Assembly: GCA_965279035.1 (NCBI GenBank)
Contig: OZ257142.1
Span: forward strand, 4,128,001 to 4,192,000
Origin: Bacteroidia bacterium
GTDB taxonomy: Bacteria > Bacteroidota > Bacteroidia > M30B66
Direction: 5' to 3'
Length of the DNA: 64,000 nt
Shown here: positions 11,147 to 22,883 of the stretch, piece after piece
How positions within the stretch are numbered: position 1 is the first letter of the stretch
How the letters are laid out: each line of letters begins with the position of its first letter
Made by a program: the position numbers and the translations under genes
Notes under the pieces: model-generated
The model's input: only the letters and a program-made list of their open reading frames with translations
Told to the model about the DNA's origin: nothing
The model's database searches: none

Positions 11147-11524
11147 TTAATTGATTAATAATTTCAAAAAATTTAATTTATCCATATCAAATGGTCTTGA
11201 AATAAATCCTGAAACTAATCCTGAAATAGATGCTAGACTTTTATCATTAGGATCAACAGATGAAGAAAGAATATATATTAATGGCTTATTATTATTATCA
11301 TGAATATCGATAGAATATAATTTTAAAAATCCCCATCCATCCATATCAGGCATATTTATATCTAAAAAAATAACATCAGGTTTATTTTGCATTTTTCATA
11401 ATTCAAATAATGCATTAGCAGCATCATTATATGACAATATCTCAAGTCCACGAAAATGTTCCTCAAGGAAATAAGTATTTAACATATTTGTAATACCATC
11501 ATCATCAATTAGAACTACTTTCAC
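11147..11524 (-). pseudogene. Receiver-domain response regulator interrupted by an in-frame TGA
   Basis: Reading from GTG 11524 gives VKVVLIDDDGITNMLNTYFLEEHF...ALFEL*KMQNKPDVIFLDINMP. The stop is at 11396-11398. Paralogous to 10565..10975. Confidence 0.75.
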
Positions 11525-11586
11525 TGAATTAGTTATTTTTCAAAATGTTTGTCATCTAAGTATTATTAATTAATAAAATGACCTTT

Positions 11587-12249
11587 TTAATGTTCCAAAA
11601 TTATTTTTTGATTATTCAAGCAAAAACGTAATAAAGATAAATGCCCTTTTAATCCGAGTTTATTGGTGATATTGGAACGATGATTTTCTACTGTTTTTGT
11701 ACTAATAAAAAACTCCTGGGCAATATCAAGAGAGGAATTATTTTGAGCAATACGTTTCAATATTCTTGCTTCAGATGGAGTTAAACGTCCAATCATTTCC
11801 AACACTTTATCAATTTCTTTTTGGTCTGGGATACTTACAATTGGCAAATTTTCATTGTTTTCACTATTCTGCCTCAATACTTTCAATCGATCTAGTCGTG
11901 AATTAATTGCCTGAATTAATTCGTTACTCGTAAATGGCTTTGTAATATAATCATCTGCACCGAGCTCCATGCCTTCTCGAACATCACGTCGATCTACTTT
12001 TGCAGAAACAAAAATGAATGGAACTGATTGTAATCCATTCTCATTTCTAATTTGCTCTAATAACCAAAATCCATCATAACGAGGCATTTTAATATCACAC
12101 AAAATTATATCTGGAAGAAAATGCCGTGCTAATAGTAAACCAGTTTCTCCATTTTCAGCACTCTTCACCTCAAATCCATGAAGGGATATGATTTCCTCCA
12201 TATTATTACGTAATATCAATTCGTCCTCAACAATTAAAACCTTTTTCAT
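11587..12249 (-). CDS. Response regulator with receiver and LuxR-type HTH domains
   Basis: LIVEDE, ILCDIKMP, KPF; LTPSEARIL...IAQEFFISTKTVENHRSNITNKL. Confidence 0.9.
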   Translation of the reverse strand: MKKVLIVEDELILRNNMEEIISLHGFEVKSAENGETGLLLARHFLPDIILCDIKMPRYDGFWLLEQIRNENGLQSVPFIFVSAKVDRRDVREGMELGADDYITKPFTSNELIQAINSRLDRLKVLRQNSENNENLPIVSIPDQKEIDKVLEMIGRLTPSEARILKRIAQNNSSLDIAQEFFISTKTVENHRSNITNKLGLKGHLSLLRFCLNNQKIILEH

Positions 12250-12788
12250 TTTTAAATGCTATTTATGTAAAGTTAATGGAATTTTCTATTCGTTTGAATG
12301 TTCTGTCGACCTTCTCAAGTATAATCCTAAAAACTGAATATTAAGCTTGTCATCAAAATATAGTTGAAAATAAAAACTAAATTCATTTTCGAACTCTTAA
12401 CTTGAAAGACCATTTATTCTTCAACCTTTTTAAGTTATTTAATTAAATTAGTTAGTATCATTTTCTATTATATAATAAACATAGTAGTCTTATGATACCC
12501 TTAATTGCTTTAATAAATAATTAACTATTAAATGTGAAAATAAATCAATTAATTTATTTGTCATTCAACTCAATTTAAATCCTCATACCAACTCAATTAA
12601 TCTAAATTACAAATCTTATTTTCACAGAAACTGGACATTACAATTCATTAATTTCTACCTAATTGTGTTTCTAAATAAAAACTAAAAACAATCTTCATTT
12701 TATTTAATAACTAACATTACTCAATCTGAGAAATTAAGCCATTCCATTGGCTACATTTGTCAAATAATTTTCTGAATTATTTTTTTAA

Positions 12789-13805
12789 ATGAATCCTTTA
12801 AAGACAGGCGTTTTAATACTTCAACTAGGCACTCCTGATAGTCCTTCAACATCTGATGTTCGGAAATACCTTCGTGAATTTCTCATGGATGCACGTGTAA
12901 TTGATGTGCCTTATGTGCTTCGTCAAATTTTGGTGAATGGGATTATTGCCAATTTCAGAGCCCCAAAATCCGCTAAGCTGTATAAGGAAATATGGACTGA
13001 TAAGGGATCTCCTTTACTTATTTATGGCAACGAAGTTAAAAAGGAACTTCAAGCTAAACTCGGAAACGATTTTATTGTAGAACTCGGTATGCGTTATCAA
13101 CAACCTCCTATGAAAGAGGCATTGGAACGCTTTCGAAAAGCTAAAGTTGGCAAATTGATTTTATTACCTCTTTACCCACAGTTTGCCTCTTCAAGTACAG
13201 GATCTTCACTTCAACTCGCATTCGAAACTATTGCTTCTTGGGAAGTAATGCCCGAAATTCATGCTATTTCCTCCTATTACAATCATCCCGAATACATTCG
13301 CTTATGGGCTGAAAAAGGCAAAGCAATGAATGATGGAAGTTTTGATGCGTTTATGTTTACGTTTCATGGTGTCCCATGGAGACATATTCGAAAAACAGAA
13401 TGCGGTGGAACATGTCAAGATGGACCAAAAGAATGCCCTGCAATTAACGAATCTAATCATGTTTGTTATCGTGCCCAATGTTTCTCAAATGCACGTGCGG
13501 TTTGCCTAGCTGCTGGATTCCCATCAGAAAAAACCTATATCAATTTTCAATCTCGACTAGGAAAAGATCCTTGGTTAACGCCTTATACCGATCATACCAT
13601 CATCCGTTTAGCGAAAGAAGGTAAAAAAAGAATCCTAGTATTCTCTCCTTCTTTTACAGCCGACTGCCTTGAAACAATACATGAAGTTGGCGTTGAATAC
13701 AACGAACTTTTTAAAGAACATGGTGGAGAAGAACTTGTTCTTGTTCCAAGTATGAATAGTGACTCGGGGTGGATTACATTTTTAAACAGCCTTATTATCG
13801 AATGA
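12789..13805 (+). CDS. hemH: Ferrochelatase
   Basis: LGTPDSP, LPLYPQFASSSTGS, FHGVP, FQSRLG, FTADCLET. Confidence 0.95.
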   Translation: MNPLKTGVLILQLGTPDSPSTSDVRKYLREFLMDARVIDVPYVLRQILVNGIIANFRAPKSAKLYKEIWTDKGSPLLIYGNEVKKELQAKLGNDFIVELGMRYQQPPMKEALERFRKAKVGKLILLPLYPQFASSSTGSSLQLAFETIASWEVMPEIHAISSYYNHPEYIRLWAEKGKAMNDGSFDAFMFTFHGVPWRHIRKTECGGTCQDGPKECPAINESNHVCYRAQCFSNARAVCLAAGFPSEKTYINFQSRLGKDPWLTPYTDHTIIRLAKEGKKRILVFSPSFTADCLETIHEVGVEYNELFKEHGGEELVLVPSMNSDSGWITFLNSLIIE

Positions 13806-13874
13806 AAATAGCATCCATTCGATATTTTTTTACACATTTATACACTCATCTTCGCTCTTACGTTATCTCGGCGA

Positions 13875-15482
13875 ATGCTTCCTAAACAGCTACGTTTTCT
13901 TCATCCTTATCTCCATTTCATCGGCCTGCTATTAATGGTTGCAGGTTTGCCGTTTTCCCTATTGTTAATGAGCCTTTCGCAATTTTTCATTGGAGGAAAT
14001 TGGATTCTAGAAGGACACTACAAAGAAAAACTGAATCGTTTCAAATCCAACAAATCAGCTTGGCTACTTTGTGGAATTTTCCTCATGCTTTTACCAGGAT
14101 TAATCTGGACTAATAACTGGAATGATGGACTCAAACTCATACGTATCAACTTACCCTTTCTTATTTTTCCTTTCGTACTTGCATCTTCTCAACCATTAAA
14201 GAAAACATGGTATGAGCTTCTTCTAAAGCTGTCAATTGTTTCCGTTTTTCTTGCTTCGATCGCTTGTATTATTTGGGGACTTCCTCTCTGGCTTAACGGA
14301 GAACTTTCCGATATTAGAAATATTTCCGTATTCATTTCTCACATTCGATTTGCACTCTTAATTGTGCTTTCTATTTTAATTGGTGTGTGGATGCTCAGCA
14401 GCCGAAAAATTCCTCTCAAACAGGTTGAACGTTTACTTTTAATTTTCATCCTTATTTGGCTAACAACTTTTCTATTCATTCTTCAATCACTTACGGGAAT
14501 TGGTATTTTACTATTCATTTCTCTCTTTTGGGGAGGCATAACTATTTGGAAAAAATATTCTCATAAAAAAGCAATCCTACTTTTTTCAATTCCATTTATT
14601 TTCTTTCTAATTACGATTTGGCAAGGCCTAACTGTATGGAAGGAATATAGCACTCCCTCAAGTATTTATTCTAGCACTGCTCCAACAAAAACAATTCGAG
14701 GAAATATATATACACACGATTTTTCAATTCTCGAAAACGGAAATTATGTTTTCAGCTTTGTATGTGATAAAGAATTACGAAATGCCTGGGAAAAAAGAAG
14801 CAGACTTTCAATAGATAGTTCCGATGGAAAAGGAAATCAAACCTACATAACTCTTCTCAGATTTTTAAATTCAAAAGGCTTAAAGAAAGATCAAGATGGA
14901 GTCAATGCCCTTTCTGACTTAGAAGTTCGATATATAGAAAAAGGTGTTGCCAATGTGCATTATACTGGATTATGGGGAATCCGAATGCGTTTTTACCAAT
15001 TGCTATGGGAACTAGATTATAATCGGCGAGGTGAATCAAATCCTGCAGGTCATACAGTGGTTATGAAACTTGAATTCTGGAAAAATTCATTCCGAATCAT
15101 TGATCAAAACTTATTGAAAGGTGTTGGTACTGGCGATGTTTCCGATAGTTTCAAACAAGAATATCAACGAAATGCAAGTTGGCTCGATCCTTCATGGTGG
15201 ATGACTAGCCATAATCATTACTTATACATTGCTGTTGCACTTGGAATTCCGGGATTATTACTTTTTCTAATGTGTTTCTTTCTACCTGTTTTCAAGCAGT
15301 CTCGCCCAATCTATACTCCTCTTGTTTTATTCTTCTGCATTGCAGTAATATCAATGCTTACTGAAGATACTTTAACGACTCAAGCCGGCGTTTCATTTAT
15401 CGCCTTTTTCTATTGCTTCTTCCTTTTTTCGCGACCTGTTGAAATAGGTTCTTCTTCCTCTTCTTCTATCCCAATTAATTGA
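13875..15482 (+). CDS. O-antigen ligase family membrane protein
   Basis: Many hydrophobic segments; GVGTGD and SHNHYL (H-N-x-Y-L) Wzy_C-type motif. Confidence 0.75.
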   Translation: MLPKQLRFLHPYLHFIGLLLMVAGLPFSLLLMSLSQFFIGGNWILEGHYKEKLNRFKSNKSAWLLCGIFLMLLPGLIWTNNWNDGLKLIRINLPFLIFPFVLASSQPLKKTWYELLLKLSIVSVFLASIACIIWGLPLWLNGELSDIRNISVFISHIRFALLIVLSILIGVWMLSSRKIPLKQVERLLLIFILIWLTTFLFILQSLTGIGILLFISLFWGGITIWKKYSHKKAILLFSIPFIFFLITIWQGLTVWKEYSTPSSIYSSTAPTKTIRGNIYTHDFSILENGNYVFSFVCDKELRNAWEKRSRLSIDSSDGKGNQTYITLLRFLNSKGLKKDQDGVNALSDLEVRYIEKGVANVHYTGLWGIRMRFYQLLWELDYNRRGESNPAGHTVVMKLEFWKNSFRIIDQNLLKGVGTGDVSDSFKQEYQRNASWLDPSWWMTSHNHYLYIAVALGIPGLLLFLMCFFLPVFKQSRPIYTPLVLFFCIAVISMLTEDTLTTQAGVSFIAFFYCFFLFSRPVEIGSSSSSSIPIN

Positions 15483-16156
15483 CTCGAACCTGAACCTCCA
15501 ACCACAATTACAATTTCACCTTTTGGACTGCGTTGCTCATAATAATCTGCAAGTTCTATCAACGTTCCTCGCTTGCATTCTTCATAAATCTTAGTCAATT
15601 CACGAATCACTGCAGCTTTTCGTTCAGCTCCACAATACTCAGCAAGCTGGCGTAATGTCTTTACTAATCGAAATGGTGATTCATACAAAATGATTGTTCG
15701 CTCTTCGCTTGCTAATCGTTTTATTTTTGTTTGACGACCTTTCTTATGTGGCAAAAATCCTTCAAAACAAAAGCGGTCTGCAGGCAATCCTGAAATAACC
15801 AAGGAAGGAATTAATGCTGTTGGGCCAGGCAAACATTCAACGTCAATACCAGCTTCTATACACGCTCGAACTAGTAAAAAACCAGGGTCAGAAATTCCGG
15901 GTGTTCCAGCATCAGAAATTAAAACAACAGAATTACTATCTTCAATTAAACGAATCGTAGAACTGAGAACGTGATGCTCATTGTGTTGATGAAATGGTCG
16001 CAATGGCCTCGAAATATCCAACAAACGAAGTAAATTCCCTGATGTGCGTGTGTCTTCAGCTAGAACAACATCCGCCTCTTTGAGCAATCGTATCGACCTT
16101 AAGGTAATGTCTTCCAGATTGCCCAATGGTGTTGGCACCAGGATGAGTTTCCCCAT
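15410..16156 (-). CDS. rsmI: 16S rRNA (C1402-2'-O)-methyltransferase
   Basis: VPTPLGNLEDIT, AEDTR, ISDAGTPGISDPG, YESPFRL, RELTK. Confidence 0.95.
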   Translation of the reverse strand: MGKLILVPTPLGNLEDITLRSIRLLKEADVVLAEDTRTSGNLLRLLDISRPLRPFHQHNEHHVLSSTIRLIEDSNSVVLISDAGTPGISDPGFLLVRACIEAGIDVECLPGPTALIPSLVISGLPADRFCFEGFLPHKKGRQTKIKRLASEERTIILYESPFRLVKTLRQLAEYCGAERKAAVIRELTKIYEECKRGTLIELADYYEQRSPKGEIVIVVGGSGSSQLIGIEEEEEEPISTGREKRKKQ

Positions 16157-16157
16157 T

Positions 16158-17114
16158 TTAGATATTGTGCAAATAGCGACGATTCAGCAAATCGGCCAAT
16201 CCTTGAAATGATTTACCTTCTGAATCCCAATTGTATTTTGCTTTCAACTCCTGAAAGAAGTCTTCTGCATCGCTATAATTTTCGAAATTATTTAATTTAT
16301 CTAAGGCTTCGTTATACTCATTCACGTTGTTCTTAAATAAATCTTTCAAGTAGGCAAACTTCTCATTGATTCCAATGGATGATTTGATATTGGAAACAGG
16401 TTGACGATTTGCCTGATTGGCTACTGTCTTCTCAGTAGGCTTTGCAATTTTATCGTAAAGTGATGCTGCTTTCTCAAAAATACTTTCCTTTTTAGGTTCT
16501 GAGGCAGCGGGCTCAGGCTTAAATTCTATCTTCCTAACCGTTGGAACAAAATCTTTCTGACGTTCTTGAAGTAAATCAACCTTGGGAGTTATCACTGCTG
16601 CAGGTGATTCTTGAATTGCCTGCTTGGGCGTTTCTTCTACTACTGGAGTTCCATTAAACGTTTTTTGCCACACAATGGGTGAAATTTCTTCCACTTTCTC
16701 TTCAGGAACCTTTTCTTCTTCTTTACTAACCTCCTCTATAACTTCATTCTCAGAAATCAAATCAACAACAACTGGCTCTTCTTCGATTTTAGTTATAGCA
16801 GGTTCTTCAACTAACAAACTAGTTGATTTGTCTTCGGGCGTAATTACAGGTTTTGGAGTTTCTTCTTTCTTAACAACGTCTTCATTAACGACAGAATTTT
16901 TTGAAGAAATCGAATCCGAAGGGGATTTTCTTCGCTGATGTTCAGCAAGTGTTCGGAGATCAAGAAGTGATTCGTATAAATCCCTAACATCTTTTAATGC
17001 GAGGTCAACTTCCATCAACGGAATCGAATCTTTGTACTGAAGAATACGGCTATACTGCTCTTCCACCTTGAAAAGCAGATGGGTTATATCGTCGTGTATG
17101 CGGTTGGCGTCCAT
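16158..17114 (-). CDS. Conserved hypothetical protein with an acidic low-complexity linker
   Basis: 318-aa ORF with C-terminal IGINEKFAYLKDLF motif; lies 1 nt upstream of rsmI. Confidence 0.7.
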   Translation of the reverse strand: MDANRIHDDITHLLFKVEEQYSRILQYKDSIPLMEVDLALKDVRDLYESLLDLRTLAEHQRRKSPSDSISSKNSVVNEDVVKKEETPKPVITPEDKSTSLLVEEPAITKIEEEPVVVDLISENEVIEEVSKEEEKVPEEKVEEISPIVWQKTFNGTPVVEETPKQAIQESPAAVITPKVDLLQERQKDFVPTVRKIEFKPEPAASEPKKESIFEKAASLYDKIAKPTEKTVANQANRQPVSNIKSSIGINEKFAYLKDLFKNNVNEYNEALDKLNNFENYSDAEDFFQELKAKYNWDSEGKSFQGLADLLNRRYLHNI

Positions 17115-17212
17115 AAGGGTTTACCCAATAGTAATGAATCGAATGTCTTTTACTTAGTTTTGTGGAATCAATCCACCGGGTAAAAATACGTAAAAACATA
17201 TCGGTTGCTTCC

Positions 17213-17824
17213 ATGTTTCTTGAAAACACTTTACACTCCACCAAACGTCGCGGTTCTATTGAAGTAATCTGCGGTTCCATGTTTTCGGGAAAAACCGAAG
17301 AACTCATCCGTCGACTTCGTCGTGCAACCTTTGCAAAACAACGCGTTGAGATATTCAAACCCGCGGTAGACGTACGTTACCACGAAGCCGATGTGGTCTC
17401 TCACGACTCCAATTCGATACGTTCAACACCCGTTGAATCATCTCAAAGTATATTACTTCTTTCAGGAGAAGTAGATGTTATTGGCATCGATGAAGCTCAA
17501 TTTTTCGATTCCGAACTTGTCAATGTCTGTAACGAACTTGCCAATATGGGCATCCGGGTAATCGTTGCCGGATTGGATATGGATTTCCGAGGATTTCCCT
17601 TCGGACCAATTCCAGCACTTCTTGCAACAGCCGAATATGTGACCAAAGTTCACGCAATCTGTATGGTGTGTGGCAACCTAGCTAATCACTCACATCGTTT
17701 TGATAATACCAACGAAAGCCTTGTATTATTAGGCGAAACAGATTCCTATCAGCCACTTTGCCGTGATTGCTTTTATGAACGCAATCCACTTCCGTACACC
17801 GGTTCTCAGGCTCGTAAATCATGA
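17213..17824 (+). CDS. tdk: Thymidine kinase
   Basis: [34 protein letters not shown]. Start placed at ATG 17213. Confidence 0.95.
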   Translation: MFLENTLHSTKRRGSIEVICGSMFSGKTEELIRRLRRATFAKQRVEIFKPAVDVRYHEADVVSHDSNSIRSTPVESSQSILLLSGEVDVIGIDEAQFFDSELVNVCNELANMGIRVIVAGLDMDFRGFPFGPIPALLATAEYVTKVHAICMVCGNLANHSHRFDNTNESLVLLGETDSYQPLCRDCFYERNPLPYTGSQARKS

Positions 17825-20292
17825 ATTCGTATTCCATCCAAACACTCGCAGGATGGTTGGGAAAAGAAACTTTGCTCTCCAATGCCGCGACAAGTACTAT
17901 TCACGAAATTCTATACGATAGCCGCCGCATTAATAATCCGGCAGCTAGCTTATTTGTTGCGCTCGTTACTTCCCGAAATAACGGTCATCGATACATCGCA
18001 AACCTCATCCGACAAGGCGTTTGCAACTTTCTAGTACAAGAAAAACCCGAAGAAGTATTTCGCTCACAGGCAAACTTCATTCTTGTTCCTGATACTCGCA
18101 TCGCCCTCCAAAAATTGGCTGCACATCACCGGAAACAATTCGAAATTCCGGTTCTAGCTATCACGGGAAGCAATGGTAAAACCATCGTGAAAGAATGGCT
18201 TTACGAATCGCTAAAAGACGAATTCCAAGTGGTTCGTTCACCTAAAAGTTTTAACTCCCAAATTGGTGTTCCACTTTCGGTATGGCAAATTTCCTCATCC
18301 GATCAGCTAGCCATTATCGAGGCAGGAATTTCAACTCCTTCCGAAATGGTTTCCCTTCAAGAAATCATTCAACCTACACTGGGTATTTTTACCAATATCG
18401 GACAAGCGCACGCCGAAAACTTCCCTTCTGTTCAGGTTCATATCCAAGAGAAAATGAAACTCTTCAGCCAAGTAAAAACCTTGGTGTGTTGTGCCGATCA
18501 TTCACTCATTGTTGAAGAAGCCCGAAATCAGAAAATAAATTGCCTCACTTGGGGTAAAAATCCTTCCGCCGACCTTCGAATTGTCGATGAACAAATCAAA
18601 GGCGCAGGAAAACAAATTCAACTTGTTTGGAAGAATTCTGAATTCACACTTTCACTTCCGTTTGTAGATGCTGCATCGGTCGAAAATGCTATGCATACTG
18701 CACTTATGTTGCTGCATCTTGGCCTATCCATCGATAAAATAAAAGCGAAAATCAGCCAGTTGCATCCGGTCGAAATGCGACTCGAGTTTCGAAAAGGCAT
18801 TCATCAGTGCACACTCATCAACGATACGTGGAGCGCTGATCTTGATTCGCTTCGTATTGCTCTTGAGGCAATGGAACAACAGCAACAACACCAAAAGCGA
18901 ACGCTCATTTTATCCGACATTCTCGAATATGGAAAATCGCTCGAAGAGTTGTACTCAAATGTTGCTGAATTAATCAAACGAAAAGAAGTAACTCGATTCA
19001 TTGGAGTGGGTGAACAAATGCTCCAATTCGCACCACTTTTTTCAGGCGAAAAATTATTCTTTCCTACCACCGAAGCATTACTTGCACAGCTTGGTTCAAT
19101 CGGATTTCATAATGAATGTATTCTGCTCAAAGGAGCGCGCATTTTTGGATTCGAACGCATTGCTTCAGCACTCCAACAAAAAACACATGAAACCGTCCTA
19201 GAAATCAAACTTTCTGCGATGGTCAACAACTTAAATTTCTTCCGCTCCAAAATGCGCCCAGGGGTTAAAACCATGGCGATGGTCAAAGCATTTTCTTATG
19301 GAAGTGGCAGTTTCGAAGTAGCAAATGTATTGCAATTCAATGGTGTTGATTACCTCGCTGTGGCTTATGCGGATGAAGGAATCGAGCTCCGAAATGCTGG
19401 AATTGCACTCCCAATTTTGGTGCTCAGTCCCGAAGTCGACAGCTTTATTTCCATGATTGAAAATCGCCTCGAGCCTGAGATATATAGTTTTCGAATGCTC
19501 GAACTTTTTTCTCATGCGGTTCTTGCGCGAAACGGTTTCGACGGACAAGCCATTCGGATTCACATCAAATTCGATACAGGCATGCACCGACTCGGATTCG
19601 AGGAAACCGATATTCCCGAATTAATTCGTCGTTTGAATAAAATTCCACAACTCGAAACGGCAGCGGCATTTACGCACCTAGCAGCAAGTGGTGAAGCACA
19701 GCACGAAGCGTTCACACAAGATCAAATCAGTCGCTTTATTCGATTTACAGATGCACTTCAACAAGGCATAGGAAAACCATTCCTTCGACATGTGCTCAAT
19801 TCATCCGGCATTTCACATTATCCACAAGCCCAATTTGATATGGTTCGCTTGGGAATCGGACTTTATGGAATTGGCGATGTAGAAGAACAGCAATACCTCG
19901 AAGCGGTTAGCAAACTCAGCACAAGTATTTCTCAAATTCGGGAAGTCAAAGCGGGCGAATCGGTAGGATACAGCCGTAAAGGACAAGTAAATCAACCAGC
20001 TCGAATTGCCACCTTGCCCATTGGTTATGCCGATGGCTTTCTCCGGAAACTGGGTAATGGCAGAGCATCGTTGCGTGTTCGTGGGAAGCAGGCGTTCACC
20101 ATTGGCAATATCTGCATGGACATGTGCATGATCGACATTACACACATTCCCGAAGCGCAAGAAGGCGACTCAGTCGTTATTTTCGAACATGCAGACGACA
20201 TTATTCAATTAGCTCACTGGCTCGAAACGATTCCTTACGAAGTATTGACGGGTGTTTCCGAACGAGTTAAACGAGTGTATTATCAGGATTAA
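17821..20292 (+). CDS. alr: Bifunctional MurF-like ligase / alanine racemase
   Basis: N-terminal ITGSNGKT Mur ligase domain. C-terminal [24 protein letters not shown] and CMDMCM. Confidence 0.9.
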   Translation: MNSYSIQTLAGWLGKETLLSNAATSTIHEILYDSRRINNPAASLFVALVTSRNNGHRYIANLIRQGVCNFLVQEKPEEVFRSQANFILVPDTRIALQKLAAHHRKQFEIPVLAITGSNGKTIVKEWLYESLKDEFQVVRSPKSFNSQIGVPLSVWQISSSDQLAIIEAGISTPSEMVSLQEIIQPTLGIFTNIGQAHAENFPSVQVHIQEKMKLFSQVKTLVCCADHSLIVEEARNQKINCLTWGKNPSADLRIVDEQIKGAGKQIQLVWKNSEFTLSLPFVDAASVENAMHTALMLLHLGLSIDKIKAKISQLHPVEMRLEFRKGIHQCTLINDTWSADLDSLRIALEAMEQQQQHQKRTLILSDILEYGKSLEELYSNVAELIKRKEVTRFIGVGEQMLQFAPLFSGEKLFFPTTEALLAQLGSIGFHNECILLKGARIFGFERIASALQQKTHETVLEIKLSAMVNNLNFFRSKMRPGVKTMAMVKAFSYGSGSFEVANVLQFNGVDYLAVAYADEGIELRNAGIALPILVLSPEVDSFISMIENRLEPEIYSFRMLELFSHAVLARNGFDGQAIRIHIKFDTGMHRLGFEETDIPELIRRLNKIPQLETAAAFTHLAASGEAQHEAFTQDQISRFIRFTDALQQGIGKPFLRHVLNSSGISHYPQAQFDMVRLGIGLYGIGDVEEQQYLEAVSKLSTSISQIREVKAGESVGYSRKGQVNQPARIATLPIGYADGFLRKLGNGRASLRVRGKQAFTIGNICMDMCMIDITHIPEAQEGDSVVIFEHADDIIQLAHWLETIPYEVLTGVSERVKRVYYQD

Positions 20293-20299
20293 ACTTTGG

Positions 20300-20377
20300 G
20301 CGCATGAACCGGGCTTTACGCCTTTACTACTTTGTACCTTTCGGTTACAAAGCGGTAATGGCTGCAATCCCTTGCGC
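20300..20377 (-). repeat. Flavo-1-like structured repeat, copy B
   Basis: Minus strand reads AGGGATTGCAGCCATTACCGCTT...AGTAAAGGCGTAAAGCCCGGT, closely similar to 48672-48737. Confidence 0.6.
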
Positions 20378-20479
20378 TAGATACGTTTAGCATGAAATCA
20401 TTCTTCTCCGAAAAAGCCTTAAAACTGTTTTTCAGCAATCCCGTGCTTTTACCTTAATTTGCATTTCAATTCAATTCAA

Positions 20480-21394
20480 GTGAGCATTCAGGTTTCTTCA
20501 GTTACCAAGCTTTACGGCGAACAAAAAGCACTCGATACAATTTCATTCGAAGTCAACCCGGGTGAAATCCTTGGCTTTTTGGGTCCTAACGGCGCCGGAA
20601 AATCTACTATGATGAAAATCATCACCACCTTTATTCCACCTTCATCGGGCGAAGTAAAAGTGTGTGGCTTCGACATCCAATCTCAAAGCATGGAAGTGCG
20701 TCGAAACGTAGGTTATCTGCCTGAGCATAATCCCTTGTATCTCGATATGTATGTGCGCGAATACCTAGGATTTATTGCTGGTTTGCACCATTTGTCAAAC
20801 AAAGACAAACGCATCACCGAAATGCTTGGACTTACCGGATTGAGTAACGAACAACACAAAAAAATTGGCGCATTATCAAAAGGATATCGTCAACGTGTTG
20901 GCTTGGCTCAAGCACTTATTCATGATCCTAAAGTGCTCATTCTCGACGAACCAACAAGCGGTCTCGATCCCAATCAATTAGCCGATATCCGTGAACTCAT
21001 CCGTAACATAGGGAAAGAAAAAACCCTCATGTTTTCTACCCACATCATGCAAGAAGTAGAAGCTGTTTGCGACCGAGTGATCATTATCAACAAAGGCAAA
21101 TTAGTGGCCGACGGTAAAGCAGGAGAATTAGGTAATCGCGGTCGAGGATATAGCATTCATGTAGAATTCGATAAAGAAATTTCACGCGGTGTTCTCTCCA
21201 GTATTTCAGGGGTAAAACGAGTTGATAAATTAACTGAACAACACTGGGAATTGTTCGTCGAAGGAAGCGAAGATATTCGTCCGGAGATATTCCGATTTGC
21301 AGTAGAAAAACAGCTCACCGTACTCACAATTAATCGTCACGAACAAAGTTTAGAGGAGGTTTTTCAGGAATTAACACGAAAAAACGAGAATTAA
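20480..21394 (+). CDS. gldA: Gliding motility ABC transporter ATP-binding subunit
   Basis: GTG start giving MSIQV; GPNGAGKST, GYLPEHNPLY, LSKGYRQRVGLA, STHIMQEVEA. Confidence 0.85.
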   Translation: MSIQVSSVTKLYGEQKALDTISFEVNPGEILGFLGPNGAGKSTMMKIITTFIPPSSGEVKVCGFDIQSQSMEVRRNVGYLPEHNPLYLDMYVREYLGFIAGLHHLSNKDKRITEMLGLTGLSNEQHKKIGALSKGYRQRVGLAQALIHDPKVLILDEPTSGLDPNQLADIRELIRNIGKEKTLMFSTHIMQEVEAVCDRVIIINKGKLVADGKAGELGNRGRGYSIHVEFDKEISRGVLSSISGVKRVDKLTEQHWELFVEGSEDIRPEIFRFAVEKQLTVLTINRHEQSLEEVFQELTRKNEN

Positions 21395-21488
21395 TTCTGA
21401 ATTCACGCACAATCACACCTTTCTGATTTGTTAAGTCCCTAGCAATCTCTATTTTTGCGCCCGCTTCATCATTTAAAACACACGATAG

Positions 21489-22865
21489 ATGCCATATCTT
21501 TTTACTTCCGAATCAGTGTCCGAAGGACATCCGGACAAAGTTGCCGATCAGATTTCTGACGCACTGATTGATCATTTTCTAGCATTCGACCCATCTTCTA
21601 AAGTAGCCTGCGAAACACTTGTAACTACAGGTCAGGTTGTACTTGCTGGAGAGGTTAAATCCGAAGCATACCTTGATGTACAGGAAATTGCCCGTGAGGT
21701 AATTCGCAAAATTGGGTATACGAAATCGGAATACATGTTCGAGGCAAATTCATGCGGAATTTTCTCTGCAATTCACGAACAATCAGCTGATATCAACCAA
21801 GGAGTTGAGAAAAAAGATCCTTGGAAACAAGGTGCTGGTGACCAAGGAATGATGTTCGGTTATGCAAGCCGCGAAACCGACAACTATATGCCGCTTCCAT
21901 TGGAATTGGCTCATTTGCTTCTTCGCGAATTAGCTGATCTCCGTCGCGAAAACAAACAAATGAAGTATTTGCGTCCAGATGCAAAATCTCAAGTTACCAT
22001 TGAATACAATGATAACAATGAGCCTATTCGTATCGATGCAATCGTTATTTCAACTCAGCATGATGATTTCGATGCTGAAAAGAAAATGCTAGAGCAAATT
22101 AAGAAAGACGTAATCAATATCTTGATTCCACGTATTCTTAAGAAATTGCCTAAACGTGTTCAAGCATTGTTTAACAATAAAATTGTTTACCACATCAATC
22201 CTACTGGTAAGTTCGTAATCGGTGGTCCACACGGAGATACAGGTCTTACAGGTCGTAAAATCATCGTAGATACTTACGGTGGTAAAGGAGCTCACGGTGG
22301 TGGTGCATTCTCAGGAAAAGATCCTTCAAAAGTTGACCGTTCAGCTGCTTATGCGACTCGCCACATTGCAAAAAACTTAGTAGCTGCAGGTGTTGCCGAT
22401 GAAGTACTTGTTCAAGTTGCCTACGCTATTGGTGTTGCTGAACCAGTTGGTTTGTATGTAAATACTTATGGAACTGCAAAAGTTGATAAGCACGATGGTC
22501 AAATCGCTCAAATCGTAGCTAAATTGGTAGATATGCGTCCTTACGCTATTGAACAACGTTTCAAATTACGTACTCCAATCTATAGCGAAACTGCCGCTTA
22601 TGGACACATGGGCCGCGAACCACAAACGGTTACTAAAGTGTTCAACAAAGGCAAGAAGAACGAATTGAAAGTTAAAGTGGAGTTGTTCCCATGGGAGAAA
22701 CTCGATTATGTAGAAGCGTTCAAAAAAGGCTTTGGAATTGGTTCTAAAGCAGCACCAAAAGCTGCTGTTGCAAAGAAGGAAACTCCCAAAGCAGCTGCTA
22801 AAAAAGTTGCAGCTAAGGCTCCAGCTAAAAAAACTGCTAGCAAAAAAGTTGCTGCTAAAGCATAA
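21489..22865 (+). CDS. metK: S-adenosylmethionine synthetase with a Lys/Ala-rich C-terminal tail
   Basis: [35 protein letters not shown]. Confidence 0.98.
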   Translation: MPYLFTSESVSEGHPDKVADQISDALIDHFLAFDPSSKVACETLVTTGQVVLAGEVKSEAYLDVQEIAREVIRKIGYTKSEYMFEANSCGIFSAIHEQSADINQGVEKKDPWKQGAGDQGMMFGYASRETDNYMPLPLELAHLLLRELADLRRENKQMKYLRPDAKSQVTIEYNDNNEPIRIDAIVISTQHDDFDAEKKMLEQIKKDVINILIPRILKKLPKRVQALFNNKIVYHINPTGKFVIGGPHGDTGLTGRKIIVDTYGGKGAHGGGAFSGKDPSKVDRSAAYATRHIAKNLVAAGVADEVLVQVAYAIGVAEPVGLYVNTYGTAKVDKHDGQIAQIVAKLVDMRPYAIEQRFKLRTPIYSETAAYGHMGREPQTVTKVFNKGKKNELKVKVELFPWEKLDYVEAFKKGFGIGSKAAPKAAVAKKETPKAAAKKVAAKAPAKKTASKKVAAKA

Positions 22866-22883
22866 TTATTCTGTCGTATTTTC

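Noticed and set aside
11396-11398. Selenocysteine or recoded TGA in the response regulator
   Set aside because: The position is not a Cys-equivalent, no SECIS-like hairpin follows, TGA is used as a normal stop elsewhere in the window, and the gene has other lesions.
21395-21488. SAM riboswitch upstream of metK
   Set aside because: A TATTTTTG promoter box lies about 30 nt before the ATG, leaving no room, and no recognisable motif is present.
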